Shown: positions 49,745-63,119 of the stretch, one piece after another
How positions within the stretch are numbered: position 1 is the first letter of the stretch
How the letters are laid out: each line of letters starts with the position of its first letter
Origin: Macrostomum lignano
Taxonomy: Eukaryota
Length of the DNA: 64,000 bases
Direction of reading: 5' to 3'
NCBI GenBank assembly: GCA_002269645.1
Contig: NIVC01002016.1
Coordinates: forward strand, 920-64,919
Notes under the pieces: generated by a model
What the model was told of the DNA's origin: nothing
Seen by the model: the letters and a program-made list of their open reading frames with translations, nothing else
Databases searched by the model: none
Position numbers and translations under genes: made by a program

Positions 49745-50605
49745 TCCCTCTCTGATATCCTCTCACTGATCTCCCCTCTCTGATCTCCCCTCTCTGATCT
49801 ACCCTCTCTGATCTCCCCTCTCTGATCTCCCCTCTTTGATCTCCCCTCTCTGATCTCCCCTCTCTGATCTACCCTCTCTGATCTACCCTCTCTGATCTAC
49901 CCTCTCTGATCTACCCTCTCTGATCTACCCTCTCTGATCTACCCTCTCTGATCTCCCCTCTCTGATCTCCCCTCTCTGATCTACCCTCTCTGATCTCCCC
50001 TCTTTGATCTCCCCTTTCTGATCTCCCCTCTCTGATCTACCCTCTCTGATCTCCCCTCTCTGATCTCCCCTCTCTGATCTACCCTCTCTGATCTACCCTC
50101 TCTGATCTCCCCTCTCTGATCTACCCTCTCTGATCTCCCCTCTTTGATCTCCCCTTTCTGATCTCCCCTCTCTGATCTACCCTCTCTGATCTCCCCTCTC
50201 TGATCTCCCCTCTCTGATCTACCCTCTCTGATCTACCTTCTTTGATCTCCCCTTTCTGATCTCCCCTCTATGATCTACCCTCTCTGATCTTCCCTCTCTG
50301 ATCTCCCCTCTCTGATCTACCCTCTCTGATCTACCTTCTTTGATCTCCCCTTTCTGATCTCCCCTCTCTGATCTACCCTCTCTGATCTTCCCTCTCTGAT
50401 CTCCCCTCTTTGATCTCCCCTTTCTGATCTCCCCTCTCTGATCTCCCCTCTCTGATCTACCCTCTTTGATCTCCCCTTTCTGATCTCCCCTCTCTGATCT
50501 CCCCTCTCTGATCTACCCTCTCTGATCTCCCCTCTCTGATCTCCCCTCTTTGATCTCCCCTCTCTGATCCCCCCTCTCTGATCTCCCCTCTCTAATCTCC
50601 CCTCT
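49745..50605. repeat. 14-bp minisatellite
   Basis: CTCTGATCT(C/A)CCCT. Confidence 0.95.
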
Positions 50606-51028
50606 CTTTATAATCATAACTATTGTAACTGCTACGCAAACGGAATATCATGTGATCAGAAGGTTCACAAAATTGAGAATTTTTTCTATGGCCTGCGATG
50701 CAGGCCACCCGGTCACAATTGAGAGGACTTGTTTTCAATTCGTCAGGAAGAGGTTAAGACTTCTTTGCGATTGGCTGCAATTGACAGCTTAATCTAAAAG
50801 TTTGAGCTAAACGAGTTTACAAGCTCATCAAACTTTGAGCCCTGTGATCCCAATTCCGAAAAACAGGGAAACTCAATCTTAATGGCAGACCAAGGGCTTG
50901 GCTAAAAACGGAACTATGGGTTCGTATCTAAGCAATCAAAAACTCTTCGATCAATTGCAATCCAATATAAAAGTTGTACAAAAAAGTGTCAAAAAGTACT
51001 TTTCGCTTCAAGCGAAGCACTTTACAGA

Positions 51029-51521
51029 TTGATTCTGAGCCCTCGCACAAGGGTCTATGGGTCTATCTACAAACTGTCTCCCACTGGCTCCGGGCGGGTC
51101 CTGTGTCTCAGTCTGTTTGACGAGGACGGCACGGACCGATCCGGACCCATTGCAGATCATTTCTTCTTGAGTGCAGTTCTCTTCGGTCTGTTTGTCTCCC
51201 TTTCTGTCCTGGGCAGGCAGAGATCTCGCAGACTCCAGCTACTGTTAACGAACTCTGCTATTGAATTGGGCGAAGAATTGTTGAGAAATCGAATACCTTC
51301 TCATTGGAATTCTGAGCTCTACTCCAACTATACTCGAGAACTGTACAAACAGATTGCCACCGGACATGCTCAAATTTCTCCGGTGGACGGAACCAGAGAT
51401 GAGAAAAGAAGTTTTTTAGGACCAAATCCATGCGCTTCGGTTTTTAAAGGTCCCTGTAAAGGTTGGAGTCCATGATGCGCAAGAGAACGCAGCAGGAATT
51501 GTCAATATTCGGCAGGAATAT
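51029..51521 (+). CDS. Possible exons of an unidentified gene (~51029-51382 and 51420-51521)
   Basis: Clean 102-nt phase-0/0 exon GTTTTTTAG|GAC...TAT|GTGAGT (DQIHALRFLKVPVKVGVHDAQENAAGIVNIRQEY). It joins the upstream ORF through a 37-bp intron with a weak donor (GTGGAC). Confidence 0.3.
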
Positions 51522-51804
51522 GTGAGTTTGTGCGACACTTCAGTGGGCGCCTCGAATCCGAGGTTTGGAAGCAGCATTTGCAGCAAAATGCTCCCCAGCA
51601 ACTGCGTATGACGCCGCAGTAGATTAAAGGCAACCGGAGTTTCCAATCAAGCAATTTTGCCCGCCAGCAACTCGCCCTCTGCTGTTTCTCGCCTGCCTAA
51701 ATTGACAGGGACTGCCATCTGCCGATGAGGGCCTCAGGACACCCAGCTGATTGGTCCGCTGCCACCAATTACCGACCCGGCCTCCAGTGAAACTGATGGA
51801 GAAG

Positions 51805-52069
<265 letters not shown>

Positions 52070-53139
52070 CCGCAGGAATTGATGGCTATATCTTGGTATT
52101 ATTTGCCATATTATTTTCTCCCGGTCATAATAACGTGCTAAGGAACGTCAACTTCGATCTGAGCTGAGGAGTCCAAGTGCCAGCAAGGGCAGGCCGTTGA
52201 ATTCCCTTCGGGATCCTCAATGATGCCAGAGATGCGAGCCGCTGTGGAATATTATTGCTCAAGGCGGGGTTAATTCCGTCTGACAACCGGGTGAGAGGCG
52301 GGTGGGAGGTGCTGCTCAGAATTGACTCAACCGTTTCAACCATTGGACAGCCTTCAAGCCGCGGAGGAAATGGAAAGTTTTCTTAGAAATTTCATCCCGA
52401 TTGGATGCCGAGGATTCCATGATAAAAAATGGGGAAAAGACCGGTCTAGGGAGAACAACAGGCCACAGAAAGTCATTAATAAACCTTCTGAAGGTTGTTC
52501 GGAAATCTTTTCAAAGCTTGACGACAATATTTTTGTTACGCAGAGAGTCACTTTCAGTCAGGTAAGTGTATCAATACTCTGCAATGTTTTGCTATTGCTG
52601 AACTGCAGTGACACTGGTGGGGACTGTAGCGGACTCCCATAAAGATGCCGGTGAATCGGTTAATGAAAACATTTCGGAAGGAAAGAATCTCTGCGGTGGC
52701 GCTACCTGACCTGACGCAAAGGCGGGGGGGGGGAGACTCAAAGAAAGTAGCGATGTAGTGGCGGCCCCAGTTCGAGCTAACTCTCGAGCTGCTAGCTTGT
52801 CAATCAGCCAGCCGCCCAGCAACTGGGTCGGTGAGAGTAGCCAATTTCCTGCACACCCCTTCATGTAACAGCGCTCGAAATTCTCTTGTTGTGTTGATGT
52901 CGCTGGCGCCTTAATCCTGTGCAAATTACGGACAAGATTTGCCGGAGGCCTGTCTTCGCTGTGAAAAAATGAAGATGATTTGTTTTGAGTTTTTCTTGAA
53001 CACTGTACGAGTAACTAACCTTTTTGACTTTCTCTCAAGCTCGACGTACCGTACGAGTGGTGTTTTACCATAGACAAAACTCAGTGTAGAAAATAAGAAA
53101 AATCTAGTAGTTAATAATAATATCTACTAGGCAGATGTG

Positions 53140-53284
53140 CAACCGACAGCTCAGCTGGGTAAACTGAAGCAATGCAGATTTAAGTGTCTTGCTCAAGGAC
53201 ACAAATTGTTCCCGAGTGGGTCGAGACTCGAACTCCCGACCTTTCAGTCGTTAGTCCGACGCTCTAACCACTAGGCTACAGCCT
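53140..53284 (-). mobile_element. tRNA-derived SINE with a CORE-like domain
   Basis: Minus strand reads GGCTGTAGCCTAGTGGTTAGAGCG (A box) ...GGGAGTTCGAGTCTC (B box), then TGTGTCCTTGAGCAAGACACTTAA, similar to the CORE-SINE motif TGTGACCTTGGGCAAG. Confidence 0.7.
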
Positions 53285-53929
53285 CTCTGGTAATAAACAA
53301 AGCACAGTGTCCTTGTACTTTAGTTGTCCATGGTGCAAATGTCAGAGTTCTCCATGGCAGAAGCGAACAAGCATGCCAGCGGCCGCTCCAGATCCTCTGC
53401 CTAGCACTCTATGGTGGCATTCATTTATGTCCATCGTGCCGCATATTTTTCTCAAAGTCTCAAAGTTTCACTCGACATCTCGTGTGCCAAAAATTTCCTC
53501 CGTCTTCTCCGAGTCCGGCGAAGCATGAAAAAACATCAAAACAAGCGCACAGAAGAGTCTGAAATGACTGCTTAGTGTCGTGATGATGCATTCTGGAAAT
53601 TTCCACGAATTCTTCTCCCCCGGAGCCTTTTCGCTCCGTCTATTTAGGAAGATTTTGTGATCCCACTGAAATTCGAAATTATTTATCCCACGAGACTCGA
53701 ATGTCCTGGTTGGGGCGGTCGGCCTCTCCCAGGGAAACAGAGCGATGCCTCGTAGGAGAGCACGGGGAGAACTGCGCAGAGAAGCTGGCATTGAGAAATT
53801 GTAATCCCTTTGATGTTAATAAGCGCCGAAAATGCTAATCTCCTGAAAGGAATTAGGCCCGATAATCCGACGATAAGATTTGATCAAACAGATAGCAGCG
53901 GGAGACCCGCGTGCGATGGGCATTCTCTT

Positions 53930-54115
53930 GGTTTCCGGTCCGCACTTCCGGGTCCGCACTCCCGGGTCCGCACTTCCGGGTCCGCACTTCCGGGTCCGCA
54001 CTTCCGGGTCCGCACTTCCGGGTACGCACTCCCGGGTCCGCACTTCCGGGTACGCACTCCCGGGTACGCACTCCCGGGTCCGCACTTCCGGGTACGCACT
54101 TCCGGGTCCGCACTT
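53930..54115. repeat. 14-bp GC-rich tandem repeat just upstream of the GPCR
   Basis: CCGGGTCCGCACT(T/C). Confidence 0.93.
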
Positions 54116-54241
54116 TCTGGTTATTTCGCAGAGATATTGCGCAGGCGCGCAAATCCATGCGCAGATTATCGCGCAACAATCGTACAATAACCACAGAGCT
54201 ACGCTTTAACAACCCTTCTCTACATCCACCACAGAAACCAG

Positions 54242-57200
54242 ATGACGTCACCATTCAGTCCGGCCGCCAAGGCCTGCGTGTGGACCGCTTTCGCAGGCGT
54301 GATGTTTGCCTCCCTGTTGGGCAACTCGCTGGTGGTGTGGATCATCCTAGCGCACAGCACGATGCGCAGCAGCACGAACATCTTCCTAGTCAGCCTGAGC
54401 CTGTCCGACCTGCTCTTCAACCTGCTGCAGGTGGTGCCCAACGTGGCCAACGCAGTGGGAAACGGCTGGAGCTTCGGCTATTATTACTGCGCCCTGTCCA
54501 ACTTTATGACCACATTCTCCATATCGCTGTGCGTCTTCATCTTCATGGCCATTGCTATTGAAAGGTGATTTTTACGAACTGATGCAGGCGCTGATCGATT
54601 ATGAATATTTTTCTAGGTGATGCCCTTCTCGGGGATAAACGAGGGGTGCTCTGAAAGTTTCCGGATACGTAACAATGAACCCAGTTAACAAAGTGAAACT
54701 TAGTTACAACTTTTCAAAGTACTCTCCAGCAACTTGCATGCACCGATTCTTCATTATCTGAAACCTGTTGGTGAAGCATAGGGACCATTCACTTTGTCCT
54801 ATGGTTACCACGCCATCGTGGTACGCTTGAACAGCCTCCTCACTGGATGAAAATCGACGCCCCTTCAGCTGACTTGACTTTCGGGGAACAAAAAAAGTCA
54901 CACGGGGCCAGGTCTGGTGAGTAGGCTGAGTGTGTTAGCAATTGTACTCCAGAATCGGTCAAGAAGTCAACAGTCAAAGCAGCCGTGTGTGCCGGCGCGT
55001 TGTCATGGTGCCACAGAAGACCACGGACTCCAGTTCCAGGACGTCGTTCGGCCCATGCGTTGAGGACTTTTGGTACACAGACGTTGGTGTACCAATGTGC
55101 TGTCACCGTCTGCTGACCCAGGAGCGCTACTGAGGCCACATAGCCCGAGCAGCTGAAGAATGCTGCGACCATCTTCTTTCCTGAACTCCTGGATCGGATG
55201 GCCTTCTGAGGGGCATCCTCGTCGGGAAAGCACTGCACTGCGATGATTGACGCTTTGTCTCGGGGTCGAAATTGTAAATCCATGTTTCATCACCTGTTAG
55301 AATGTCAAAAACAGACCGCTGGTGTCCACTGTTGAATTTGGTGAGCATGAACCGGCACCACTCCACCCTGGCAGTCTTCTGGTCAGCAGTGAGGCAGTGG
55401 GGGATCCACCGGGCACTCCTCTTTTGCACTCGAAGGTGTTGGTGCAGGATCTCATTAAGTGCCCCTGATCCATCTCCAGGCTTGCCTCGAGCTGGCGGTA
55501 GGTGATTCGAGGATCCTCTAAGATAGCCGCTCTGCCTCATTAATGTTTTGCTGGGTAACTGCGGTTGCAGGCCTGCCACAACGAGGCTCATCTTGGAGGT
55601 GCTGCCGACCGCGTCTGAATTCCGCATACCAGTCAAAAACTGTTGGTGCGATGGTGCAGAGTCTTGAAAACAGCTTTGAAGCCGATTTAGTGATTCTTGG
55701 GGTGATAAATCCATTTTGCAGTCAATAAATCATGGCTCTGAAATGCTCACGAGAGAGTTCCATGGCTGCTGCGTGTTCCTGGGTGGGGGTACGATCGAAA
55801 AATAATAAATAGCTCAAGGCAGCAAACCCGTCTATGGCTAAAATTGGAGGTACAAACTCAGAACATATTTTTATACCAACAAATAAAATATCTGAACCCT
55901 AAAACAAGCCATCTTGCTGCATCCGGAAACTTTCAGAGCAAACCTCACATGAGCATTTAACCACCATTTTTCACAATCGCCCCTCTCCCACCCTCTTTCC
56001 TCCCCTCTCCCACCCTCTTTCCTCCCCTCTCCCACCCTCTTTCCTCCCCTCTCCCGCCCTCTTTCCTCCCCTCTCCCACCCTCTTTCCTCCCCTCTCCCA
56101 CCCTCTTTCCTCCCCTCTCCCACCCTCTTTCCTCCCCTCTCCCACCCTCTTTCCTCCCCTCTCCCGCCCTCTTTCCTCCCCTCTCCCACCCTCTTTCCTC
56201 CCCTCTCCCGCCCTCTTTCCTCCCCTCTCCCACCATCTTTCCTCCCCTCTCCCACCCTCTTTCCTCCCCTCTCCCGCCCTCTTTCCTCCCCTCTCCCACC
56301 ATCTTTCCTCCCCTCTCCCACCCTCTTCCTCCCCTCTCCCGCCCTCTTTCCTCCCCTCTCCCGCCCTCTTTCCTCCCCTCTCCCACCCTCTTTCCTCCCC
56401 TCTCCCATCCTTTTTCTCCTCTCTCTGACCCTCTTTCTCCGCCTACCCACACCCTCTTTACACCCCTTTTACATTCCTTTGCATTTACCTCCTCATTCCG
56501 CCAGGTACCTGGTCATCGTGCATCCCCTGCGGCCGAGGCCAAAGCGAATCTCCATCCTGTGCAGCGTCATCTTCATCTGGTTGTTCAGCATCCTCAGCGC
56601 TGCTCCGTCGGCCGCGTCCAGCAAAATTGTTGAACTGAATGGCACGCAGACCTGCCAGATTGAGAAGGGGTTCAACGACGTGTGAGAACTTCGCTTGTTC
56701 GCTGAGCACTCTGCTCAATTTCGACCTGTTGCTATGTGGATGTCACTGGATTGTTATTGTTGCTATGCGGATGTAATTAAATTGTTACTGTTGCTATGCG
56801 GATGTGACTGAATTGTTGCTGTTGCTATGCGGATGTGAAGCAACAGATGAATTCTGCCACTATATTTCATACACCAAGACGGCTGACTCAAAAGCAGACA
56901 AATGTAAAATTCAAAATCTACAACAACAAATTTAAACTTTCACATTTTCACTCAATTGCCATCCAGGCTGAACCCGCTGCTGTTCACCCTGCAGTACCTC
57001 ATGCCCCTGGTGGTGGTCTGCTGCCTCTACGTCAACATCGGGGCGAAGCTGTGGCGTCACCGACCTATCGGGGAGCGGCCGCAGGGCCAAGAGGAATCGG
57101 TCAGGGCCAAGAGAAAGGCAAGTGGGAAAATTGGGATATGAGTGTTGGGGTTTTGGAAGTTGGGATTTTGGGAGTTGAGATTTTGGGAGTTGGAATTTCG

Positions 57201-58638
57201 GGAGTTGGGATTTTGGGAGTTGGGATTTTGGGAGTTGGGATTTTGGGAGTTGGGATTTTGGGAGTTGGGATTTTGGGAGTTGGGATTTTGGGAGTTGGGA
57301 TTTTGGGAGTTGGGATTTTGGGAGTTGGGATTTTGGGAGTTGGGATTTTGGGAGTTGGGATTTTGGGAGTTGGGATTTTGGGAGTTGGGATTTTGGGAGT
57401 TGAGATTTTGGGAGATGAGATTATGGAAGTTGCGATTTCGGAAGTTGAGATTTTGGGAGATGAGATGAGATTTTGGGAGATGAGATGAGATTTTGGGAGA
57501 TGAGATTTTAGGAGTTGAGATTTTCTTGACTGATAAACTGATAAATACATAGCAACCGTTGCCACGGACTCAGTGCTCAGCGCGGTAGCTCACCGGTAAA
57601 CCAATAATCCAACGTAGGTGGTGCTCATGATGATCACCGTGGTGACAATCTTTGCGCTGTGCTGGCTGCCCTACCAGCTGAGCTTCTTCGTCATGCACCT
57701 GTTCTCAGCCGAACTATTCGTTGCCGTGTACTTTCTGGCCGTCTGCAGCACAGTGTCCAACCCCATAATCTACTGCAGCATGAATAGAAAGTGAGAAGGG
57801 ATGCTGGATGCACTGGGAGAGGAAAGAGGAGAGAGGGAGAGGACACGAAATGAGAGAAAAGACAGGAGAGGCGAGAGACGAGAGAAGACAGGAGAAGGGA
57901 GAGAGGACAGGAGAGAGGACAGGAGAGAGGACGGGAGAGAGGACAGGAGAGAGGACAGGAGAGAGGACAGGAGAGAGGACAGGAGAGAGGACAGGAGAGA
58001 GGACAGGAGAGAGGACAGGAGAGAGGACAGGAGAGAGGACAGGAGAGAGGACAGGAGAGAGGACAGGAGATAGGACAGGAGAGAGGACAGGAGAGAGGAC
58101 AGGAGAGAGGACAGGAGAGAGGACAGGAGAGAGGACAGGAGAGAGGACAGGAGAGAGGACAGGAGAGAGGACAGGAGAGAGGACAGGAGAGAGGACAGGA
58201 GAGAGGACAGGAGAGAGGACAGGAGAGAGGACAGGAGAGAGGACAGGAGAGAGGACAGGAGAGAGGACAGGAGAGAGGACAGGAGAGAGGACAGGAGAGA
58301 GGACAGGAGAGAGGACAGGCTCAGGCAGTAAGCGGGACTCCTGGCAAACCCGCAGCTTTCGGCTCGGCTTCCAGTGGGCCTTCCGCTGGCTGCCCTGTGT
58401 GCCGGCCGTCGACGCTGCCAGGTACGCCGAGCTGCGCCACGGACGGGCCAAGGTGAAGGCCGTCGCGACTGCGGCAGCCGCAGCGGCAGCAGCAGCCGCC
58501 CCGGCTGCCGCCAGCTGCGAATGCGAGACCGAGCTCAACCTGATGCAGCGTCGCCGGCAGCTGAGGCTGCTCGAATCCGATGGCGACGAGGTTGAAGCCG
58601 AATCTGCCGAGTTCGACGGAATTCAAAATTCCGTTTGA
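54242..58638 (+). CDS. Rhodopsin-class neuropeptide GPCR, tachykinin-receptor-like (about 368 aa; an extra N-terminal exon is possible)
   Basis: Exons 54242-54564, 56505-56681, 56967-57117, 57618-57790 and 58356-58638 total 1107 nt in frame. Motifs GN..V, TN.FL.SL..SD, ERY..I.HPL, AKRKVV.MM, CWLPY, NPIIY and FRLGF..AFRW match tachykinin-type receptors. The exact subfamily (tachykinin, natalisin, luqin) cannot be fixed by eye. Confidence 0.9.
54640..55947 (-). mobile_element. Mariner (DD34D) DNA transposon, about 1.31 kb, in GPCR intron 1
   Basis: TIRs CGAGGGGTGCTCTGAAAGTTTCCGGAT (54640) and ATCCGGAAACTTTCAGAGCAAACCTCA (to 55947). TA target duplication is not clearly preserved. Confidence 0.92.
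54704..55763 (-). pseudogene. Frameshifted mariner transposase
   Basis: [12 protein letters not shown] start; motifs [31 protein letters not shown] and GEYFEKL* are spread over several frames. Confidence 0.92.
55980..56450. repeat. 22-bp polypyrimidine repeat
   Basis: CTTTCCTCCCCTCTCCC(A/G)CCCT. Confidence 0.95.
56715..56838. repeat. 31-bp repeat, about 4 copies
   Basis: GTTGCTATGCGGATGT...ATTGTT. Confidence 0.8.
57150..57520. repeat. 15-bp minisatellite in the GC-AG intron
   Basis: TTTTGGGAGTTGGGA. Confidence 0.95.
57885..58319. repeat. 12-bp minisatellite
   Basis: GAGAGGACAGGA, about 35 copies. Confidence 0.97.
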
Positions 58639-58659
58639 CTCACTTCGAGCCCTCAATGG

Positions 58660-60110
58660 CGGAACCTGACCCTTGTTGACGGAGCCTGACCCTTGTTGAC
58701 GGAGCCTGACCCCTGTTGACGGAGCCTGACCCCTGTTGACGGAGCCTGACCCTTTTTGATGGAGCCTGACCCACAATGATGAAGCCTGACCCACAATGAT
58801 GGAGCCTGACCCTTGTTGATGAAGCCTGACCCTTGTTGACGGAGCCTGACGCTTGTTGATGGAGCCTGACCCTTGTTGATGAAGCCTGACCCTTGTTGAC
58901 GGAGCCTGACCCTTGTTGATGGAGCCTGACCCACAATGACGGAGCCTGGCCCTTGTTGATGAAGCCTGACCCTTGTTGACGGAGCCTGACCCTTGTTGAT
59001 GGAGCCTGACCCACAATGACGGAGCCTGGCCCTTGTTGATGAAGCCTGACCCTTGTTGACGGAGCCTGACCCTTGTTGATGGAGCCTGACCTTTGTTGAT
59101 ATAGGCTGACCCTTGTTGATGAAGCCTGACCCTTGTTGACGGAGCCTGACGCTTGTTGATGGAGCCTGACCCTTGTTGATGAAGCCTGACCCTTGTTGAC
59201 GGAGCCTGACCCTTGTTGATGGAGCCTGACCCACAATGACGGAGCCTGGCCCTTGTTGATGAAGCCTGACCCTTGTTGACGGAGCCTGACCCTTGTTGAT
59301 GGAGCCTGACCCACAATGACGGAGCCTGGCCCTTGTTGATGAAGCCTGACCCTTGTTGACGGAGCCTGACCCTTGTTGATGGAGCCTGACCTTTGTTGAT
59401 ATAGGCTGACCCTTGTTGATGAAGCCTGACCCTTGTTGACAGAGCCTGACCCTTGTTGATGGAGCCTGACCCACAATGATGAAGCCTGGCCCTTGTTGAT
59501 GAAGCCTGACCCTTGTTGATATAGGCTGACCCTTGTTGATGTAGCCTGACCCACAATGACGGAGCCTGGTCCTTGTTGATGGAGCCTGACCCTTGTTGAC
59601 GGAGCCTGACCCCAATTGACAAAGTCTGACCCTCATTGACAAAGCCTGACATTTGTTGATGGAGCCTGACCCTTGTTGATGAAGCCTGACCCTTGTTGAC
59701 GGAGCCTGACCCTTGTTGATGTAGGCTGACCCACAATGATGGAGCCTGACCCTTGTTGACGGAGCCTGACCCTTGTTGATGGAGCCTGACCCACAATGAT
59801 GGAGCCTGACCCTTGTTGATGTTGCCTGACCCTTGTTGATATAGGCTGACCCTTGTTTATGGAGCCTGACCCACAATGACGGAGCCTGGCCCTTGTTGAT
59901 GAAGCCTGACCCTTGTTGATAAAGCCTGACCCTTGTTGATGGAGCCTGACCCTTGTTGATGGAGCCTGACCCACAATGACGGAGCCTGACTCTTGTTGAT
60001 GGAGTCTGACCCACAATGATGTTTGGCTGACCCTTATTGACAAGGTCTGACCCTCATTGACGGATTTTGACCCTCATTGACGCAGCCTGACCCTTGTTGA
60101 CGGAGCCTGA
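58660..60110. repeat. 20-bp minisatellite starting about 25 bp after the GPCR stop
   Basis: GGAGCCTGACCCTTGTTGA(T/C) with a 300-bp higher-order period. Confidence 0.97.
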
Positions 60111-61124
60111 CTCACTCTTTTGAAGCTAAATCGATAAAATTAGCAAAGAATAAACGAGTGTTATTGATTCAGTTCTAAAACTGCTGCATTCAAACTGATA
60201 TATGCTTCATTAGCGAGTAGGTGCCGAGTTGCCTGACTTTTTGCCGCTAGCAGCCTCCACTCGGACCGCATTGTAACCTTTTTCCTAGATCGAACCGGGA
60301 CTCTCTAAAGGCCTCCCCCAGCCTGCCTTATTTGGTTTCGACTGTGCCGGCGCAAAAAGTTAAAGAGACATCAACAATCATTTAGTATGAATTTGCTAAG
60401 TTGTTAAGCAAACAATTACGAGTCTCACCCACCCCATTGCACCGGTCGAGCATCTTAGCCAGCCCAGAGGAAAGACCCCGGGTTGAGTAGGTAAACAATG
60501 TAGAGAATTAGCCTAGATAAAACCTACACTGGCTCTGTTCCCAGAGTTCTGACTAGAAATATTGTTGACATTTCTGTTTGAGCATTGGCGCAAGATTACA
60601 ACAGGCAGGAATGCACCGCGAAATGAAGAGCTTGTTGACTTAGTAAGAATCGTTTTGTGACAGAGTTTCTGGTCACAATTTGTTTGGTACAGTCAGTCAG
60701 TCAGTCAGTTGATCTCGCTATTGGTTGGCTTGCCAGCGGTCGCCGACCCACCCCACCTGTGGCGGGGTGCGCGCCTCAGAAACGCGAGCATAAAAGTGAG
60801 CACCGCGATGGTGACTCTGAGCTAAAAAGTCGCCGAGTAATTAATTGAATTCAGCCTAGCAAGCGGATCGAAGGCGCCAGTTTTTTGCCTTCTCATAGCC
60901 TAACCAAGTAGCCTGTGGGTATTGCTGGGTCACAGTGCGCCGCAGTCAGTAATATCATAGGTTGCTCGGTTTGGCTTCAAGGCCGAGCTTCGAGTTCCAA
61001 TTCAAATCCTGTCCAACTGCCAGCAACTGCAGATTGGATTTCTGTAAGTGAATCCCGCTTGTGGGGACGTCGGGGCCGGTTCTGTGGGATTCTTCAACGG
61101 GTGATTGTTGAATGGGATCTTCTA

Positions 61125-62560
61125 GGGTGGGATTCTGAGATGGATTCTTCTAGGGTGGGATTCTGAGATGAGATCTTCTAGGGTGGGATTCTGAGATGGG
61201 ATCTTCTAGGGTGGGATTCTGAGATGGATTCTTCTAGGACTGGGGTCTGAGATGGGATCTACTAGGACTGGATTCTGAGATGGGATCTACTGGGGTGGGA
61301 TTCTGAGATGGATTCTTCTAGGGTGGGATTCTGAGATGGGATCTTCTAGGGCGGGATTCTGAGATGGGATCTACTAGGACAGGATTCTGAGATGGGATTC
61401 TTCTAGGGTGGGATTCTGAGATGGATTCTTCTAGGGTGGGATTCTGAGATGGATTCTTCTAGGGTGGGATTCTGAGATGGGATCTTCTAGGACGGGATTC
61501 TGAGATGGGATCTACTAGGACGGGATTCTGAGATGGGATTCTTCTAGGGTGGGATTCTGAGATGGATTCTTCTAGGGTGGGATTCTGAGATGGATTCTTC
61601 TAGGTGGGATTCTGAGATGGGATCTTCTAGGACGGGATTCTGAGATGGATTCTTCTAGGGTGGGATTCTGAGATGGGATCTTCTAGGACGGGATTCTGAG
61701 ATGGGATCTACTAGGACTGGATTCTGAGATGGGATCTACTGGGGTGGGATTCTGAGATGGATTCTTCTAGGGTGGGATTCTGAGATGGGATCTTCTAGGG
61801 CGGGATTCTGAGATGGGATCTACTAGGACAGGATTCTGAGATGGGATTCTTCTAGGGTGGGATTCTGAGATGGATTCTTCTAGGGTGGGATTCTGAGATG
61901 GATTCTTCTAGGGTGGGATTCTGAGATGGGATCTTCTAGGACGGGATTCTGAGATGGGATCTACTAGGACGGGATTCTGAGATGGGATTCTTCTAGGGTG
62001 GGATTCTGAGATGGATTCTTCTAGGGTGGGATTCTGAGATGGATTCTTCTAGGGTGGGATTCTGAGATGGGATCTTCTAGGACGGGATTCTGAGATGGGA
62101 TCTTCTAGGACGGGATTCTGAGATGGGATCTACTAGGACTGGATTCTGAGATGGGATCTACTGGAGTAGGATTCTAAGATGGGATCTTCTAAGGCGGGAC
62201 TCTAAGATGGGATCTTCTAGGGTGGGACTCTAAGATGGGATCTTCTAGGGCGGGACTCTAAGATGGGATCTTCTAGGACGGGATTCTGAAATGGGATCTA
62301 CTGGGATGGGATTCTAAGATGGGATTTTCTACGGCGGGATACTAAGATTGGATCTTCTAGGGTAAGATTCAAAGATGGGATCTTCTAGGGTGAGGTTTTA
62401 AGATGGGGTCCACTGGGTTGGGATTCTAAGATGGGATCTACTGGGGTTGAGATTTTAATATTGGATTTTCTAGGAATTTTAAAATGAAAGCTTCTAGAGT
62501 TGGATTCTAAGATGGGATGTAGTAAGGGTGGGATTTTAGTAGAACGGGGTCACCTTGGGT
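61125..62560. repeat. 27-29-bp minisatellite
   Basis: GGGTGGGATTCTGAGATGGGATCTTCTA; diverges towards the right end. Confidence 0.95.
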
Positions 62561-63119
62561 GGGATTCGAAACCGGATTCACTCAAAAAACTTGTACTTGT
62601 ATTATTTTATTTGCAAAACTTTGGTGTGAGCTGATAATAACGGCCTGAACTACTGGTTTGCAGTAGTCTGTTTGCGCATTGTTGACTGCTTTGAGAGTGG
62701 CACTTATGGAGAGTTGAACCGGTACATTATTTATTGTACATGGTAAATTATGGATACATACATATTATGGCAGGGTGAGTTTTTGAAAAAAATGTGTACT
62801 CATTTGCTTTGTCTCTTTATCTTCCATTGCTGTCTCCTTCTCTCTTCTCTACTTCTGCATTTACCTCCCTATCCCCCTCCTTTCTCCCCTCCCCTCTGTA
62901 TCTCCCTCCTCTTTCTATCATTTGTCATTTTCTATTTTAATTCTACTGAGACTTGATCTCGAACACTGTTTACTCAGAATAAAAAAATACGAGCGCGTAA
63001 AGTTGCGCGAAAAAGTTTCCTGCAATCCCAAATTGATTGAAGAAGTTGAAGCTTTGCTTATAGAATGGGTTTCAATGGTCTTAAGAAATGTCCAAAGGGT
63101 AGCAGGGTAGATCAGTTTA

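Noticed and set aside
53210-53284. tRNA gene
   Set aside because: A and B boxes are present, but I could not fold acceptor and anticodon stems, and it continues into a SINE body.
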